DNA of 64,000 nucleotides from Girardia tigrina (Eukaryota), in assembly GCA_001938485.1 (NCBI GenBank), contig MQRK01222169.1:7982-71981 (forward strand), written 5' to 3'. Of this stretch, positions 41,601 through 56,600 are shown one piece after another; position 1 is the stretch's first letter, and each line of letters opens with the position of its first letter. Both the position numbers and the translations under genes were made by a program. The notes beneath the pieces are model-generated. The model saw only the letters and a program-made list of their open reading frames with translations, was not told the origin of the DNA and made no database searches.

Positions 41601-44600
41601 AGTATGTTCAGCAATAAATCTCATACTCCTTTGAGTTTATGTTCCAATCTGGTTTATCAATTTTCGTGTAATGGGTGCAACGCTACATACATTGGAGAGA
41701 CGTCTCATCATCTCTGTAAACGGATTCAGGAGCATGGACGATTGNNNNNTGGGAGTAATATTGCTGGACATATGAAGGGTTGTAAATCGGAGGTGAAAAC
41801 AACTAATTTTAAAATATTGTGCAGTAATTTTAAAAATTATTGGGAAAGAGTTACTTGTGAAGCATTATTGATTAAATCACTTAATCCGTCCATTATTTTC
41901 CAAACAAGTCTCTCTTCCAATTTGTTGAAAATATTTAATTAGTTATTAAGCAAGATGTTTGTATAATCATCAATTTTCTATATATATATATAAGACAGCG
42001 AAATTGTTGTTAATTCAGCCTGAAGATTGTGGAAAATCCACCGAAATATATTGCGACAATAAAACTTGATTTTAATGGCGTTCTTGTTATATATATATAT
42101 ATAATAATACTCACTGTTTTTTGAAAAACTCGGAAAGATAAACATCGATAATATACACATAATCCACTGCAATGTGTTTTTTATCATTATTTTGTTTACA
42201 AGTCATCATATAGTTACTACAGTCACAACCATGAGCTGAATTCATTTCATTATTATTTACAAGATTTGGTTTTATTTCGGATCGAGTACGATGCTTTTGA
42301 GAATATCGCTCTAGAAAAATAACTTAATTTACTTTGGTATTAAAGATTCAAAGCTAATTTATATAAATTACATTATATATATTGATCACTAGACACTTAA
42401 TCGCTAAGACTCTTAATCACAAGATACTCACTAGACACTTAACTAATAAGACACTTTATCCCTCGACACTTATTCACGTAATCCATCAATTAATATTCAA
42501 ACAAGCCTCTGTTCCACTTTGTTAAAAATATTTTATTAGGTATTACATAACTTAATTAAATAATAAGAATTCATATACATATGGAAGTACAATTATTGAT
42601 TAAATAAATTACTTATTTTACAAAAATGTTATGTTTCTATTTATTTTTTAATTTAATATTTTTCAGAAAACGTTCTCTTTAATATGACTCAGAAAAAAGT
42701 GGAATTCGGCCAAACTTCAAAAAACAACCTTTGCTTATTACATAAACACGTCAAACAAACGTCTAACACCGGAGTTATATTAATGGAAATGTGCAATGGA
42801 GATGCGCAAACCATCGAAACAACTACTCTGGTAAAAAATGCCATCGTTGGCACTTATGATCTGGAACACAACCATATAAGTAATAAGGAGACATTACAGT
42901 CTAAACAAGCTGTAGATACAATGAAAACAAAAAATAATGTAATTTCTGAGACTTCGACTGCAGTAATAGGGACTATTTCTGAAAATTTGCCAGATTCTAT
43001 CATTTTAGGTTTGCGATTAAAAATAATTTAAAGAAAACATTAATTAGAGGAAGAAAAAAGACTATTTTATCTAATTTAGGAATAAATTCATCCACATTTG
43101 ATTTAAATTTCGGTATACCGAATGATTTCAATAATATGATTTTATACGATTCTGGTCCAGGTAGTGACCGTTTTCTTTTATTTGGAGTAAGAGATTTATT
43201 GAGTGGACTGTCTCGTGCTAAATTATGGATTTCCGACGGAACCTTTAATTAAATTCCATCGCTGTATTTCCAGCTATATACTATTCACTTCGAAATTCCT
43301 CCTGGTATAAATCCTGTTGGAATTTATTTTTTATTTGCCCAATAAAACCCGGGTAATGTATGAAACAATTTTGCGTGAAATTAAAAATATGATTCCGAAC
43401 GCTGAGCCAGAACGTATTTTGATTAATTTTGAGAGGGCGGAAATTGATGCACTCCAAAATGCTTTTCCAGGAATAATTGTAAGGTGTTATTTTCCATTTA
43501 ACACAAAGTGTTTACCGAAAAGTGGAAGAAATTGATATGAAAAACTTTATGATGAGAGAGATGATATTAGATGTGCTATACGATATTTGCCTGCTTTAGC
43601 TTTGGTCGTAATTAATGAAATGGAGAATTCTTTTTTCGAACTTGCTGATGTAATGCCTCAACACGAAAAATGGGAGAATTACTATTGTATTTCAAGCATA
43701 CATATATCAGAGGTAGGAGGCATGTTGGCATAATTAAAGTTTATAATCCAACCTTATTCCCCATCGAAACATGGAATCATTTTGAATCTGCCTTCGAGGG
43801 AATTGCAAGAACTATAAATAGTATTGAGGGATGGAGTTATGGTTTTCAATCTCTCTTTCAGTGCCATCATCCGTCATTTTGGAACTTTTTAATAGGATTA
43901 TGGAATGATTTACAAATGCAGAAAACAAGTTACCTACACAGAATTTCTGAAAATTTACCCTATTTACCAAAAAAAATATTTAGTTACGTAAATGTATTCA
44001 TACTTTTTTTTCCAAGAGGTCTTATATGGGACGGCGAACCGCTAGTTGACAAACCGAAGCACGACTTTGGGTTGATATGGGTGATTCATATCAATTTCCT
44101 TTGGCTTGGAGGAACGCAAACGCGGTCACATTTTTCAATTAAAATGATGCTAGATTTTACCAGAATAACTTTATTTATTTCAGAAATTACATGAAATATT
44201 TTTGCATAAATAATCGTCAATAGAATCTTACCTAAGACGGAAAAAAGGCTAGATAATTGAGATCCCTCCATTCGAGCAAGGTGCCTTCCCATTAGTCAGT
44301 TGAGATATGGTAAGCCTTATCTCATTCTCGTTTCGTGATTCTCCATGTTATGAGAATTTAGGTTTCTCATAATGTGATCATAAAGCTTATGTGACATTTT
44401 TTTTCTTTTAATGAGCATTTGACGATCATTTTTCTTATTATACGAGTTTACTTACTATATATGTATACTTTAAGGTGAAACCCACATGAAATATAATATT
44501 TTTTATTGTATACAAAATTTGGATCGTCCTGTCGGCAATCAATAGTAGAGCTTTCAGTCTTCGATATCGAAAAGAAGAGATTATTAATTTTATTAAAATA

Positions 44601-47600
44601 TCTGAACCAATTTGATTATGTAAAACCCTTTAAAAATATTTGCTACGAAACCTTCAAGTAACTGATATTCTTTAACCTTTATAACACCTTAAACATGTAA
44701 CATGAATCAGAAAACGATTAATCAATTACAAAATGGCCTATTTGGCTCAATAAAGGTGACAGAGAAAACGGAACATCATAAATTTCTTAGATGGTATATC
44801 CTCAACATATGATTTGTAGAATATTTGAATGTGTCACATGTCCTTAAATTTCTCTAAATGTTTTTATTTTTATGTAGTTAAATAACATGGCGCGGCTCTT
44901 CACAATAAAAAAACAGAATCTGGTTCCTTGTGCTCTGAGGTGTGTCATCTGCCTCTATATAATAATACAGTAATTTTTTTAATAACCAATCATTTCGAAA
45001 TTCTTCCTATATTCTATCTTTAAATCGTCAGGAATAATCTTAATCAGCAAAAAAATTTCATTAATAAAAGTAAACTAATAAATAATTTTAAAAAATCCTA
45101 TAAAATACTGAACGCATACCGTGACAAAAGTCAAAGAGTAGGAATTCTTCAGATATCTTGAAATTTCTATACCATATAAAATATTTTGAAATGACACCAT
45201 TTGGAAACAAAGGAGGACCCCATGTCAACTTTATTTCATGAGCACTTAATGCTTCAGCTTTCAGATTGATTGGTGGAGTTGGACCTAAAATCAGAATTAA
45301 ATAAGCAAACTGTGTTTAGATATTACGTTTTCTTTTGGTTGTGAGATATATGATATCACTGATTCCTAACAATCCTTCCTTTTTGGATAGAATTGCCTCA
45401 ACATAAACAGCATATGTTCTAGCTGGTTTTAATTCACCAATTGTGATCGGTTTTCCTAAAATTGCTTCAACTCGACGCCATCTAAATTTTTTTTGTTTGA
45501 TTTTTACAAAAGTAGAATATTTGATATTTAAAAAACTTTAAAAATAATATTTTTCGATGCATATATACATATTTAAAATAAATATTTTTTAAAGTAATTT
45601 ACATATGATTCGATCACAATCTTTGATCGGTATCACAACAAAATATAGCGGACAAAATATCGCCGACAAAAATATCGCGTGACAAAAATATAGTGTGATA
45701 AAAATATCGCACTAAAAATATAGTGTGACAAAAATATCGTCCGGCTAAAATTTGGACTCATTTAATTAAATTAATAGTAATTAAAATTAATGAAAATTTT
45801 AAAAAAAATCTTGGAAAAAAATTATTTCTGAATAAACGTCTAGATTCTAGAATAAATATAGTGTGAGAAAAATATCGCGGACAAAAATATCAGACTAAAA
45901 TATTATAATTATTAAACATTTTACAAAATTCATGCCAATAATTAAACAATTATTGTTAGGGGTTCTTTTTGGGGAACTGTAAATTTTTGATATTTTTAAA
46001 TTAAAAATCATATTTATATTTGAGATAAACTAAAATAATGTTTTACTAATTAAAACGAAATAACTTTATAAAAAAATTTAAGTTTATAGATAATATTTTT
46101 ACTAATTAAAATGAAATAAGTTTTTATAAAAAATTATGGTTTAAAGGTAATATTTTATTAATTAAATTGAAATAACTTTTTATAAAAATTATAGTGTAAT
46201 GATAATATTTTACTAATTAAATTGAAACAACTTTTTTATAAAAATTAGGTTTTAAAAAAATCACAATTAAAATAACTCTTTCGGAGTAAAAGAATATTGT
46301 AAAGAAGATTTTGATGTATCTTGTAACACTTTTTAAAATAAAAATCATAATGTTTATTAAATTTATTTGTCAACAGAAAAGTTTTATTAAAAAAATAATT
46401 TATTGAATGTTTTAAAATCAAGTTCTAAAATAAAAATCATAATATTTTATTGAAGTTAATTGTCCACGGAAATTCTTACTAAAAAATAATTTATGATTGA
46501 TTGTTTTAAAATTAAAGAAAAAATTATTTAGGAATTGAATTTTTACAGGAGATGTCCATTAAAATAATTTTAAAGATCTAAAATTATATTTCAATCAATA
46601 AATATTGTAAAAATTAATTTTAGGTTGGTCGAAAAATAATGACGGTTTTGGGACACAAACTTCAAAGACGTGCAAATTCACAGAAACAAAAGTTTATTAA
46701 TCAAAGTATGAACCGTTGGCATCAATACATTTTTGCCAACGAGAAACAAGTTGTTTTATTCCATCAGCATAAAATGCATCGGTTCTCGAAGCGACGAATT
46801 CTTGGAAGGCATTTTGAGTATCGTTTTGGTTTTTGAAATTTTTTTCACGTAGGAAGTTGTACAAATGCCTGAAAAAGTAGAAGTCCGTTGGCGAGAGGTC
46901 TGGTGAATATGGTGGATGAAGCAGGGTTTCATAGCTCAACTCATTAAGCTTTTGAAGAGTCACTTTTGAAATATGAGGTATAGCGTTATCATGAAGAAGG
47001 ATGGGACTTTTTCGATTGACCAATCCCGGACAAAGGGTTTTCAATTTTTTATGCATTTCATCAATTTCATAACAGTACCTCTCCATTGTGATTGTTTCAC
47101 CTAGATTCAAGAAACTATAGTGGATGATTCCAGCATCACACCACCAAACTGTCACCATAACCTTACGGGATGTTAGTTTCGGTTTTGGAAAGTGTTTCGG
47201 TACTTCATCTTTGTCCAACCACTGTGCAGATCGATGTTGGTTATCATACAGGATCCATTTCTCATCACAGTTAACAATACGATCAAGAAATGGATCGTTT
47301 TTATTGCGAAGATGATTGGCAGAACAAATTTCATAGCGTCGGTTCTTTTGATTTTCCTTCAAATCATGTGGAACCCATTTATCAAGTTTCTTGATTTTTC
47401 CAAGTTGTTTTAAATGATCTAGGACTGTTGAATGACTAATTCATAACCCATCTGCAAGTTCTCTGATTGTTGTACGGGGATCTGTTTCCACCATTGTCCT
47501 CAAATTGTCGTTGTTCGTGGACGACCACGACCTTCTTCATCTTCAAGGTTTTCATCTCCATCAGAAAATTTTCGGAACCATCGTTGCACTGTGCGCTCAG

Positions 47601-50600
47601 AAACTGTTCCCTTGTCAAACGCTTTATTGATATTGCGAGCCGTTTCTGCTGCTTTACGACCCAGTTTAAATTCGTACAAGAAAATTGCTCGAATTTTAAT
47701 TTTTTCCATTATTAATTTAGCANNNNNNNNNNNNNNNNNNNNNNNNNNNNNNNNNNNNNNNNNNNNNNNNNNNNNNNNNNNNNNNNNNNNNNNNNNNNNN
47801 NNNNNNNNNNNNNNNNNNNNNNNNNNNNNNNNNNNNNNNNNNNNNNNNNNNNNNNNNNNNNNNNNNNNNNNNNNNNNNNNNNNNNNNNNNNNNNNNNNNN
47901 NNNNNNNNNNNNNNNNNTATATATATATATATATATATATACATCGATATTATTATTTATATTTAGAATTTTAAAATCTGGTTTATGCAACTGAAATATT
48001 GTTCCTCATAAATTTGTTTGAATAATGAAAGTTGTAATAGAAATAAAGTTTGCGAATAATGACTTTGGATTTTAATCACGATACCCAATATCTTAAAACG
48101 CTTTTAACAAAAGACACAACAGTATTATAAATTTTTATTATAACACAATTAAGACGCTTGAAGTTGGAAATTGTACGCTATACCTCTTAGGTATTCATCC
48201 ACATTTCTTTGATCGTACTGTAGAACAACTAATTTAATTCTTTCTGCTGTCTCCTTATAAATTTTTCTTGATTGACTAGTTATTACTCCTAATATAAATT
48301 GTTCAATTTTTTCAACTTATTCATATTTTGCTCTTTTTGTATCGCCTCGATGAATTTCCAAAGAAAAGGATGATATGAACTAATTATTGGACCAAATTCA
48401 CGATGTCATCCTTCGATTGAATTATTGGTTTTAGGCAAACCTAACCTAACATCTTAAAATAAGTTGTCTGACGTTTATTCGGCAATAATATAAACAACAA
48501 TGGCATAACATTGTTAAACTTAATACCATGTATTGTATATAACTGCGTACAAAGTGGTGGAGCTGTTTTGAAAGTTCCATCTGCGAACCAGTAAGGACAG
48601 TTTTTCAGCAAATTTAAATTCTCAAAAGTCGTAAAAATTAATACTTGCTCATCCATAAGGCCACTGTCATAAAAGAAAAATTTTTCACCAGGCGATGTAA
48701 GTTTATATTATTCTTGAATTACAAGTGTTACCAGAGATGTTGGTGCAGTACAAGGGCGAGACTTTTTATTTCTTGTACACTGAATATTTCGCTTTATGTT
48801 GAATTTGAATTCTAAGAAGAGATTCAAATGACGAAACGGAAGTTACACATTATGATATGATAATTTGCGGTGTTTCTTGTGATTCATAGATTCCCCAATA
48901 TGATGTTATCTATTGAATGACACCTTCCTCTGCATCTTCCAACTTTGTAATCAACGCATCTCCTAATTATCTTTTCTTCGTTTTCTTTTTCTTTCGAATA
49001 AATAAATACATTATTAATTAGCCGAATTTGACTTTAAATAAATTCCATTATAATATCTTTTTAAATATTTAAACAGTTGTGATAATTAGGTATATAAACA
49101 AAAATAATTTAAAATGTTTTAAAAATTAATTTTAAACTAATTAAAAACGTTTTAAGTTAATTTTTGAAACATATTGGATTGAGCTATGGAATTTCTACGA
49201 TACTGTAGTGAACAATTTCCCTAAAACTAATAATAATTGTAGGACGGAATCGTTTATTTGGTTCAATATTTAGTTCACATCATCCATCTCTTTGAAAATT
49301 CAAGATAAAAAAATGTGGATCGTAATTTACTAGAAAAACAATTTATATTCAAAGAAGCTTTTAAACAAAAAATAATAATTCTAATATTGTTTTATTTTCA
49401 AATATTTAATTGACATTTTTTTCCAAGATTTTTAAAACTTTTTTTAAAATTTTTAATAATTATAATTACTTTTAATTTGATTAAATGAGTCAAAATTTTA
49501 GTTCGGCGATATTTTTGTCACACTTTATTTTTTAGAACGATATTTGTCCGCTATATTTTCTCATGTAACCCTTTGATCATTCTTAGCCACTTTATTTGTG
49601 TTATATAAAGTCCACAAATACAGACAAAGGTATCCAGAACCATGGAAATACAATCCATGGAAGTTACTTACTGGGAAGCTGAAAAGATATACGAGACAGA
49701 ATCAATCTGATCCTATATTGAGCCTATCGAGGGGCTGCTAGATACTCTTTAGTTTAAGTGGACTATCTAAAGAGCCTAAATGCTCAATTCCACTAAAAGA
49801 GATGGCAGGCTCAGATAAGAGAAACAAATCATCATCTCTAAACAAGGATTAGTGAACATTCACGGTTGAGTAGATCAAGTAAGGTTCATGATTACTGTAA
49901 AATTTTTCAAATAAAGTACTTCATCTATTTCGAAAGATGACTTTCTATTCTTCAGAAGAATTTGGATTCACATTATGCATAGGTTATATTGTGAATCATT
50001 GCTAATGACACCAGAACTCATTTATTAACATTCAAAATGGAAAAGAAAAGTAGCTTCAATAATAAATATCTAATATATAATATAATAATAATAATATAAT
50101 AAATAATAAAATAAATAATAAAATAGATAAAATAAATGTTTAAAAATAAAAATATTAACCAATAAAATTGAACAATTGTATATCAATTATCAGGGTTAAA
50201 TAATGCTAACCATATTTTAAAAATATATGTTTATATTTAATTTATAATGCGTTATACAGATTTCATAAGCATTTTATAAAATAGATCAAGCAACACTTTT
50301 AAACAAGACTGGCTAATTTTTTTCTGTCAATTAAGATCATCTGAAAGTAGGAAGAATCTAAAAATACTTTAACATACGTGGAGCATCCAATAAGTAACCG
50401 GACTAACATGCAAAACATAATCATATTCAATTGAAATGTATTTTCATTTACAAGCAAGTTATAATGACATCTGGAGCGGAAAATAAAAAGATTGGTCGAA
50501 CATTTGCCGCGATAATAACTTTAAATAAATTAAAAATAATTAAGTCAATTTAAATAAATGAATGAATAATTGTGGGAAAGAATAATTTTAACTTAAATGA

Positions 50601-53600
50601 ATTGGCCATTTGAAATTGGTAAATTGATTTCAAGTTCGAATTCAATTTTGTTTGTAACTGATTTTCCATGATAAGTGTGAGGTTTGTGTCTGTAAATAAA
50701 AAGAGGTAAATAAAAGAAATTGATTGATTGCGTGTGCGTGAAATGAATGAATGTGACTGGTGTTTGCATATACAGTCTACTCCAGCAAATATGAACCCGG
50801 CTAAACCGAACACGGAAAAATGCCCCTTGCTAAACCGAAAACTGAACGACTTTATGAGAACGAGCACAATATATACCTTTTACTTTTATTAGTCTATTCC
50901 GAACAATACATAATTTCGTAAAAATATCTGGCGTACTTTAAGTCAATACTTTTAAAGTACTTTACAAGTCAATAAAGTAATTTTTATTTCTAATAAACAT
51001 GCATAAAAGTAAAAATTTAGGTGCTAAACATGTCTTATTATGGGAACAACTTTTTTTAGGTCTATTAGGTCAATACGAACAGTTATTCGGATCACTCGAT
51101 TTTTGGCTAAAACTGAAAATCGGCTAATCCAACGTTTTTTGTGCATTTTGGGTGTTCGTATTAACCGGAGTAGACTGTAATAATACTGTAATAAATGTAT
51201 GTGTGAAAATTAATACGAGAAATTTTATCACAATTTTCAATTTATTGCAAAATAAATCGATCTAGTTTTTCTTGTATGAATTCAAAATAAAAAAGTTTAA
51301 AAAAATTTTGTGAATGTAATAAAAATTAAAATGAAAAGTGAATTTTTTTTAATTTGATTAATTCAAATAAAATCCATAAAAAAATTCTGATTTATAATCG
51401 TTGATGGGGACTGTAGTAATCGAGATTTACTGAATATCGAATAGACCGACAGAAATAAGAATGAGTGGCGAATATTTCAACAGAGAAAACAATTTTCGGT
51501 TGAATTTAAAAAGAGAATCTAATAATAATCCCTGTGATCATCGCATGTAATGCTTACTACGAGGGGCGTTCCGAAAGTAAGTGGAAATACTTATATGCGG
51601 ATGTGCGCGTGTGTGTGCATCTTACAGAAGGACAGATGGCGTGGTGGCGTGATGTACTTACCAGCCAATAGAAATCGAGCAAAAGTGGCATTGGTCCATG
51701 CAACATGTAAGCAGCATAGAGGAAACTGTCATAGGCAGTGTTTTCATTTTTGTTTAACACATTCGAAGACGCAGTACGTTCTCAGCGTGCCATCATTTTT
51801 TTCCTTTGGAAAGAGGATACTCCAGTGTCTGACATTGTGGGCCGCTTATCAAATGTGTTTCAAGGAAGAGCCCTGCAAAAGTCTGCCGTCTCCAATTGGG
51901 TGCATCAATTCGAAAATGGACGTGAATTCTATTACGACGAGGACAGGAGTGGACGTTCAGCAACGACGAGCACGGTAGAAAATGTGGAAAAGTGTCGGAG
52001 ACTATCAATGCAGATCGCTGCCTTACCAAGTTTGACAGTGATGAGGATGATGAATGACATTGTATTCCTTCAATAAATGCTTTCTTGTGGTGTCGTCTCC
52101 CTTTTTTCCACTTACTTTCGGAACGCTCCTCGTAACCAAACATTATTATATTATACTAGCGCGCTCGGCCCGCTTCGCGGCCCTCTCTTGCCGGGGGTTC
52201 AATTTTTTTTATATTATAAAAGCCCAAGTCACTCACTGCCTGCCTCACTGCCTCACTAATNNNNNNNNNNNNNNNNNNNNNNNNNNNNNNNNNNNNNNNN
52301 NNNNNNNNNNNNNNNNNNNNNNNNNNNNNNNNNNNNNNNNNNNNNNNNNNNNNNNNNNNNNNNNNNNNNNNNNNNNNNNNNNNNNNNNNNNNNNNNNNNN
52401 NNNNNNNNNNNNNNNNNNNNNNNNNNNNNNNNNNNNNNNNNNNNNNNNNNNNNNNNNNNNNNNNNNNNNNNNNNNNNNNNNNNNNNNNNNNNNNNNNNNN
52501 NNNNNNNNNNNNNNNNNNNNNNNNNNNNNNNNNNNNNNNNNNNNNNNNNNNNNNNNNNNNNNNNNNNNNNNNNNNNNNNNNNNNNNNNNNNNNNNNNNNN
52601 NNNNNNNNTATTTTTCCACATTAAATACAGAATTTTTCATAATAAATTAATATTTTTTCACATTAAATACAGAATTTTTCATAATAAATTGATATTTTTC
52701 CACATTAAATACAGAATTTTTCATAAATTAATATTTTTTCACATTAAATACAGATTTTTTCATAATAAATTGATATTTTTTCACATTTATTTTTCAACAA
52801 ATAATACTATTATTACGTCAACAATTATTACGTCAGCGTTAGTGAAGCAGGCAGTGAGTGACTTGGGCTTTTATAATATAGATTATTATCCAGTATCATT
52901 TCTCTATGAAATTTACTTTTACATAAAAAACATTTTTTTCCCTGTGCCAAAGATACTGGAAGGCTTTTTCAAAGAATTCATGAGTTTGTTGAAAAAAGAA
53001 TTTGAGACTGTATCCTTTATATCTTCATTCTGAGAACTTGCTTAAGACGGCTAGGGATGAAAATCTGAGGGTGCTAAATTATGACGGTTGGAAGAGTTGA
53101 AGAATCCAATGAAGCAACAATCCTAATTGATGAAATTGATACATGTCTTGTGTCAAAGGGTATATTGTCGTTAAAAAAAGTAAAAGTTACAAAGTCTGCT
53201 TTTCCTCCACAGTTACCTGGCATGTTGTACTAGTCTCAAATACAAGTTATTGTTGATAAAAACAGCCGTCTGAACAAAGTCGACTAGGATCATAAGTTTT
53301 GTATCCAAAAAAATGAACATGACAGTTATTTTGTAAAATTTTGACAACACCTTTTTCTTGAGATATCTTTTTATTGCAGCTTCGACTTTTGAGACTCAAG
53401 TCTTGAATCAGGTAAATAAAATGACCAAGAAGTAATTTCCAATATAATCAAAGATATTCAAGTTCTTACAATAAATTAATTAGCCTTATTTTTATCAAAA
53501 AGAGATGTACGAAATACGTCTTTTTATCGTGAGCAAGAAACGAATTAATCTTTGATGTTTAATATTTTTCACAGACATTTTTAAAATTTAGTGTTTTGTA

Positions 53601-56600
53601 AAATAAAAGATTATAACTTGGTTGTTATGAAGAATAAATTTCATTAGAATCGGATTATGTTTTATACAGAAGGGTCACTATTTATTGGATCCATTATGTA
53701 ATATGAAAAACATTCTGATTTTATTGATTTATGTTATTGTATTTTATCAATATTTTTAAAACGAAAGACCTATTACAAAGTAATTTATTTTTATTTATAA
53801 TTGTGCCACGAGCGCAAAAAATAATTAAAAAGAGCGAGTGAGATAGGGGGTACAAATATAACTAGCCCTGCTTTAAAATACATTGTTTCTGAAAGCCTTG
53901 TAAGTCGAGTTTATTCAGAGATCTAAATTATATCTATTAACTTAATTTTTTAAAAGAACAATCATAACAAAATGAAACATACTTTTGCTCTGAGCAGCTG
54001 TCGAATAAATCATACGATGTGATATTTTTATCTCTAAAAGAAATTATAATCATCTAAATATTTTATAAATTAAAAATATCTAGAACATATGAATAATATA
54101 TAATATAACATATACACTTAAGAGACATCATGTACTGACTTTGTTACTAATCGGGCTGAATAGTATTTTTTCCTGAATAGTATTTGGATTTAATGAATGT
54201 AAGCAAATCTTAGTTAAGTATAATCGGTAGTAAATGAGGGTGTAACAATGATTCTTCAAGATTTATCAAATATTTTAAAATATTTCTCAAGTATCATTTA
54301 ATAACGTGTTGGTTTAAACCAGGGATATCCAACCTTTTAATTTCATGGGCCGCATTGCAAACTTAAATATTTAAGTGGGCCGCAAAATTACCAAAATATG
54401 TTAAGCCTAGCTAGGGTATGGTCTCAAAAAATTTTTTGGAGATTTTTTGGAGGAGAGGAGGTTTTTTGTTTTTGAATGTTGCAGCCTTTTTCCATGGCCG
54501 CGAAGATCATAAGTCGCTTGCCGGAGTGTGAATTTCTTTAAAAATGTCGATTTTTTTGTACCAACCCCTGAAATTTAATGGAAAAACAAAATAAAACAAA
54601 ATCATGTGACTATAGTTTATTTATATTATTACAACATATATGATACGCTATACATAAAAAACATTTAATTTAATTAACCAATATTTATTCAATATTTGCA
54701 TCGAAGGATGCATTCTTAATTCTAAGAATGTTAGCTAAATGTATGTCAGTCAACCTATTTCTTTTTGTAGTTTAAATGTTTTTCATGCTTGAAAAAAACT
54801 GCAATCAAGAGTATGTATTTCCCCATATACATAATAATTTTCTAGATAAATTTAGAATTTGATTGAATTCATTTTTTTATAAAATAAAAAAAAATAAAAA
54901 TTATATATTATAAAATAAAGGAAGTGTGTTCTCCCTATTGAAAGTTTTTAAACCTACTTGACTTTGCAGCTCAATCAGTTCAAGTTGGTACTCCACTGGT
55001 GCTTTATCATATTCAAATGAAAATGGATCATTAAACAATTTTAACTCATTTTCAATCTTTCTAAAGTCAGAAATTCTAATTGAAATATCTCCAAGCAAAT
55101 CTTAACATAATTTAGTATATTTTTCATAGTTTAAAGAAAACTTTTTCTCTCTTTTAATAGACTACGAAAGTGTACAATTTTACCAGCTTTTAGTTGTGCT
55201 ATGAAAAGATTCAATTTCTTTGTAAAACTAGTTATCCGCTCAAATATTGAGTAACATAACCGGTCCTTTCCTTGTAAATGCAAATTAAGTTCAGCGAATA
55301 CTTCGGTGATGTATACAAAGAAAGATAAATCATTCAACCATTCTTCATTTTCTAAGAAATCTACATTTTATTTCTTTTCTTCCAAGAACACTTTTATTTC
55401 AGGACAATAACTGAAATTTTTTTAAGGTTGCTGTTTTACTGAGCCATCTAACTTTTGAGAAATATGCTACGTCTTCATATTCACTGCCAACCTCGTCCAA
55501 GAATGCTTTAAATTCACGATGATTTGAACCCCGTGATCTGATGAAATTAACAGCCTTGACAAGATCAATCATCAAATGTTTCATATTTAGCTTTTGAGCA
55601 CATAATCGTTGTTGATGTATCAAGCAATGGTAACTGAGAATCTCATGATCAACAGACTCTTTGAATAAAGTAATAAAGCCATTGTGTTTACCAGTAAGTG
55701 CAGGAGCATCATCAGTTGTAATTGAATAAATGTTTTTCCTATCAATATTAGATTTATCTAATGACATATTAATAAACTCATATATATCCTTGCCTGTTGT
55801 TGTGCCCTTCATGTGACACAAGTCCAACATTTCTTCAATAATATTGAAATTTATATCAATTCCTCTAATGAAAATAACTAATTGTGCAGTATCACTTTGG
55901 TCAGTACTTTCATTCAACACTAAACTGTAAAGAACGCATGCAGATAATTTGTTTTTCAGTGTGGGTTCAATATTATCACTCAAGTCATCAATTCTTCTAC
56001 CAATTGTCTGATGTGAAAGACATGTTTCCTTTACTAAATTCACCTTGTCTGACCAGTACTCATTAAAAGCAATAACAATGCATTCCTTTATTAATTCTCC
56101 ATCAACAAGTGGTTTTCCTTGCTTAGCTAATTTCTCAGTTATAAGATAACTTTCATTTGTACATGTTCCAGTTTTAACAACATGTTTTTGAAGACTAGCT
56201 TGTTATGACCTAATTACCTTTGTCAATTCTTTAATTTTCATTTTTCTTCTTTCTTCATTAAACGTCTGATATTCTGACTCATGTTTCGAAGCATAATGAT
56301 GTTTGATATTGTATTCCTTGCATACGCTAATCTTATCATAACATATAAGACATTATATTACCAAATAACTTTGACACAAAATATATTTCCGTCCATTGGA
56401 TATTAAATTTCCTCTTTTCTTCTGCTATCTTCATTTTATTAGTAATAGATTCCATGGCCATATGAATATCAAATTTTCAATATTTAGGATTATAGTTCTC
56501 TGAACAATAAATTATACATTAATAGGTATACAGAGCCGTAGTTTACTAAAAATGTATTTATTTCAACAACAAAGAAAATTAAAAAAACGTCTAAAAAATT

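Noticed and set aside
45640-45745. Short repeats with variable spacing resembling a CRISPR array
   Set aside because: Subterminal repeats of a MULE TIR in eukaryotic DNA; no unique spacers or cas genes
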